Positions 18,900-21,632 of a stretch of DNA of 21,632 bases are shown one piece after another (within the stretch, counting starts at the first letter, position 1; the number at the start of each line of letters is the position of its first letter). Under the pieces are notes generated by a model that did no database searches, was not told where the DNA came from, and saw nothing but the letters and a program-made list of their open reading frames with translations. Source of the stretch: Candidatus Bathyarchaeota archaeon (GTDB lineage: Archaea > Thermoproteota > Bathyarchaeia > Bathyarchaeales > Bathycorpusculaceae); NCBI GenBank assembly GCA_963739305.1, contig CAVTZU010000025.1, forward strand, positions 1 through 21,632, read 5' to 3'. The translations under genes and the position numbers were made by a program.

Positions 18900-20791
18900 T
18901 CGCCAGCTTCGTTGGTTAGAATTCTCTTCAGAGCGTCGTAAACTTCGGTCGTCGACATCGGCCTCCCATTATATTTGAGGATTCGGAAGTTAGCATTGAT
19001 TCCCGTCTTCTCCTTCAGTATCTCTGCAAGCTGCCCCGAGTAGTTGTTCTCGATCCCGATAACTCTCCTTTTATCCTTCAGCAACCCAGCGACATATTCT
19101 TTCGGAAAAGGATTGATCACCCGAACCTGCAAGAACCCGACTTTGAAGCCTTCTCCCTCTAGTTTGGTGATTGCCTCGATGACCGCTCCTTTCGGAGACC
19201 CCCAACTGATGATCATGTTCTCAGAATTCTCTTCACCGAACACGTTGAGCCTTTCTTCAGTCGGTATTTCTTTGTCAGCAGTTTCTAGCTTCTTCATTCT
19301 TTTCTCCATCATCATATTCCTGTTTAGAGGTTCTTCGCTTATGTGCCCAACTTCGTTGTGTTCATCACCAGTGTACCATTGAATCCCGTTTCTTGTTCCC
19401 AGAAAAGCTCTCGGGGAAATCCCGTTTTCTGTGAAACGAAAGCGCCGATACTGTTGACCTTCAAGATCTTTTTCACCGATAATCGTCCCTCGTTGAATCT
19501 TGAATTGACCAACGTCAAAGATCTTGTACGTTTGGGAACTGTTGGCCAAAGCCTTATCGATGAAATGGATGACGGGCATCTGATACTTCTCTGCATAGTT
19601 GAAGGCCAAGGCTGCATCGTAGAAACACTCCTTTATGTCGCCTGAAGCGAGGACTATCCGCGGGAAGTCTCCGTGTCCAGCATGAACGGCGAACTGCAGG
19701 TCGGATTGGCCAAAACGCGTGGGCAAACCGGTTGCGGGTGCCCCCCGTTGATAATAAGTGATCACGAGCGGAACCTCACAGTTTCCTGCCCAGCTCAAAC
19801 CTTCAACCATCAATGAGAACCCAGGTCCAGAAGTTGAGGTTGCAGCTCTTGCTCCAGTCAACGCAGCTCCTGAAGCAGAGTTCACAGCGGCAATTTCATC
19901 CTCGGTTTGAACTACCACTATCGATGCCTCACCTTCCCTCGTCTTGAACACCTCGTGAGCCTCCAAGTACTCACTCTCGTCCGCAGCCGGGGTGATTGGA
20001 TAGTACGTTTGCACTCGGCATCCGCCCAAGATTTTACCTATCGCCACAGCTTGATTCCCTGAGATGAATATCCTTTCCTCGTTGGTCTCATTCTTCTTTA
20101 GAACTTGAGGGAACGTTTCCTTGAAAGCCTGCTCCGCATAATCGTAAGCTTCGTTCAGGGCTACCACGTTCATTGCGGCGATCTTTGGCCTGTCCGAAAA
20201 CACGTCGTTAACGGCCTTCTCCACTACTCCTCTGTCGTACTTCAGAAGGGCAAAGGAGACTCCAACGGTCAGTACATTGATCATGCGTGCCAAGCCAGCT
20301 GTCTTGTCGGTTTTCAGTTTCGCAGCCACTTGTTTCAGCAGATCCATGTATGGAACCATGAATGTCTCCACTCCTCTCTTGCGTGCCGCACCAAGCAAAT
20401 CGGCCACTGTCTCACCTACCCCAGCTTGACTCATCTCGTTTCGAACTTGGTCTTTGTATTCATTCGGCAAAGTGTAGATGCTGAGCACTTTCGTTCCGAC
20501 CTGGTCTTTGTCAACGATCACCCCGCCGTTAGAAACAACTTCGTTTATATGCCTGACGACGGTTTCAGCATCAAATGCCGCAAGCAAATGTACGTCATTC
20601 ACGTTTGCCTGAACTTCCTCGTCTGAGATGCGCAGATGGAAGTAGCTGTGAAGACCTTTGATATTAGAATGATACTCTCTCTTGCCGTACACGTAGAGAC
20701 CGCCGTAGCCGCAGGCTCTGCCGAAAATGTTAGCTGCAGAATCAACCCCCGAGCCTTGTGGCCCACCAGCCATCCAACTAACATCCTTCAT
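18872..20791 (-). CDS. korA: 2-oxoacid:ferredoxin oxidoreductase alpha subunit (fused gamma-alpha)
   Basis: GGPQGSGVDS, REYHSNIKG, YYPITPA, QTEDEIAA, TSGPGFSLMVE, GDEH, WGS, ENNYSGQL; GGAGGA SD before ATG 20791. Confidence 0.93.
   Translation of the reverse strand: MKDVSWMAGGPQGSGVDSAANIFGRACGYGGLYVYGKREYHSNIKGLHSYFHLRISDEEVQANVNDVHLLAAFDAETVVRHINEVVSNGGVIVDKDQVGTKVLSIYTLPNEYKDQVRNEMSQAGVGETVADLLGAARKRGVETFMVPYMDLLKQVAAKLKTDKTAGLARMINVLTVGVSFALLKYDRGVVEKAVNDVFSDRPKIAAMNVVALNEAYDYAEQAFKETFPQVLKKNETNEERIFISGNQAVAIGKILGGCRVQTYYPITPAADESEYLEAHEVFKTREGEASIVVVQTEDEIAAVNSASGAALTGARAATSTSGPGFSLMVEGLSWAGNCEVPLVITYYQRGAPATGLPTRFGQSDLQFAVHAGHGDFPRIVLASGDIKECFYDAALAFNYAEKYQMPVIHFIDKALANSSQTYKIFDVGQFKIQRGTIIGEKDLEGQQYRRFRFTENGISPRAFLGTRNGIQWYTGDEHNEVGHISEEPLNRNMMMEKRMKKLETADKEIPTEERLNVFGEENSENMIISWGSPKGAVIEAITKLEGEGFKVGFLQVRVINPFPKEYVAGLLKDKRRVIGIENNYSGQLAEILKEKTGINANFRILKYNGRPMSTTEVYDALKRILTNEAGERQVLTYGS
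18879..18899 (+). repeat. Right att site (CCATAAGTCAACACCTGTCTT)
   Basis: Identical to 12324-12344; lies within the last codons of korA. Confidence 0.93.
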
Positions 20792-21118
20792 CAAATTCCT
20801 CCGTTCCTGAATATTCAAGGCAATCTGGCATCGAGTCTGAGTCTTAACCACCAGTTGATTTGTCGGCGCCTATACAGCACTCGCAACCTGAAGATTCACC
20901 GCAGTACGGGCATACGCACTTGCAATCGTCAATCGGAAACCCACAATTATCGCATATAGGTACGCCTTTATTGATTTTCATTTTCATCATCCAAGTTCTT
21001 CTAATCGATGTCTTTGGGAATTAAGCTTTCGTAACACCTCGCCGAAGGAGAGTGCTTGTTGAAAACGAGAAAAAGAGGAGATGATGGTTGCCGAATTCAC
21101 TTTAACAAAGTGCTACTG

Positions 21119-21559
21119 CTATATTTCCGCAAACAGTGTTTCGAATGTATCGTGATGGTCTTCTTCGTCTTTGAGTATTTCCATGAACAAGAGGGCTGTT
21201 GCTTCATCGTTTTCTTTTCGTGCCATTTCAATAATCATTTTGTACAAGTCGATAGCTGTCTTTTCATCCTTCATGTCCTGCGTTACCATTTCTCGTAGGT
21301 TCTTGCCCACGTTTATCGGATCTGGCTTTGTCGTGGGCGCAATTTTGCCATCGCTCAAATATTACAGCCTTTCAGCAATCATTTCAGCGTGCTTCATCTC
21401 TTGTTTCGCAATGTCCTCAAAAGCGTCCTTAGTCGCATATCCCTTAACGCCTTCCCATTGAACGTGCTGCCACATGTACTGCACTGAAACCTGTATCTCA
21501 CGTGCGATCGCATCGTTGAGCGAATCCAGCAGCTTCTTTGACACTTTTGTCACTGGCAT
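21119..21559 (-). pseudogene. Ferritin/bacterioferritin-like di-iron protein interrupted by an in-frame TAA
   Basis: EIQVSVQYMWQH, EMKHAEMIAERL*YL, DEKTAIDLY, DEEDH all in one frame; TAA at 21364-21362. Confidence 0.85.
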
Positions 21560-21599
21560 ACATTTTCACCTAGTCTGTTTGCTTCAGTTTGTTTCCAAC

Positions 21600-21611
21600 G
21601 CGCGCGCTAAA
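21600..21611 (+). repeat. Copy of the boundary motif outside the element (GCGCGCGCTAAA)
   Basis: 11/12 match to copy 4; intergenic, at the window edge. Confidence 0.5.
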
Positions 21612-21632
21612 CTTTACCCCCAAACCCAAACA

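Noticed and set aside
20792-20851. N-terminal extension of KorA
   Set aside because: The GGAGGA SD sits just before ATG 20791, and the family motif begins there.
20852-21118. Possible tRNA or ncRNA in intergenic gaps (also 3752-4000 and 9764-9920)
   Set aside because: No cloverleaf, T-loop or other recognisable RNA structure was seen by eye.

Overview
Archaeal DNA, shown by TFB, aIF1/SUI1, the thiolase/DUF35/HMG-CoA synthase locus, TRAM proteins and PEF-CTERM surface proteins; Bathyarchaeia is an inference. The main feature is a ~6.6 kb integrated element (12324-18899) bounded by a 21-bp direct repeat and inserted in the overlap between the alpha and beta genes of a 2-oxoacid:ferredoxin oxidoreductase. 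Its attP lies inside its own tyrosine integrase gene, so integration split the integrase into a 15-codon N-piece at the left end and a catalytic C-piece at the right end. This is SSV1-style partitioning, but in a protein-coding target rather than a tRNA. The att core is coding in all three minus-strand frames, and the element rebuilds the host alpha C-terminus with synonymous codons. The cargo genes are a NosD/PEF-CTERM surface protein, a SIR2-like protein, small wHTH-like proteins and a HEPN-like protein. They are separated by a second, unrelated 12-bp motif (GYGCGCGCTAAT) in > > < < orientation, which suggests a cassette or shufflon-like system. Outside the element are an apparently catalytically dead thiolase beside a DUF35-HMGS fusion, a TRAM-SSB-TRAM cluster, a stand-alone LigD phosphoesterase and three genes each broken by a single lesion.
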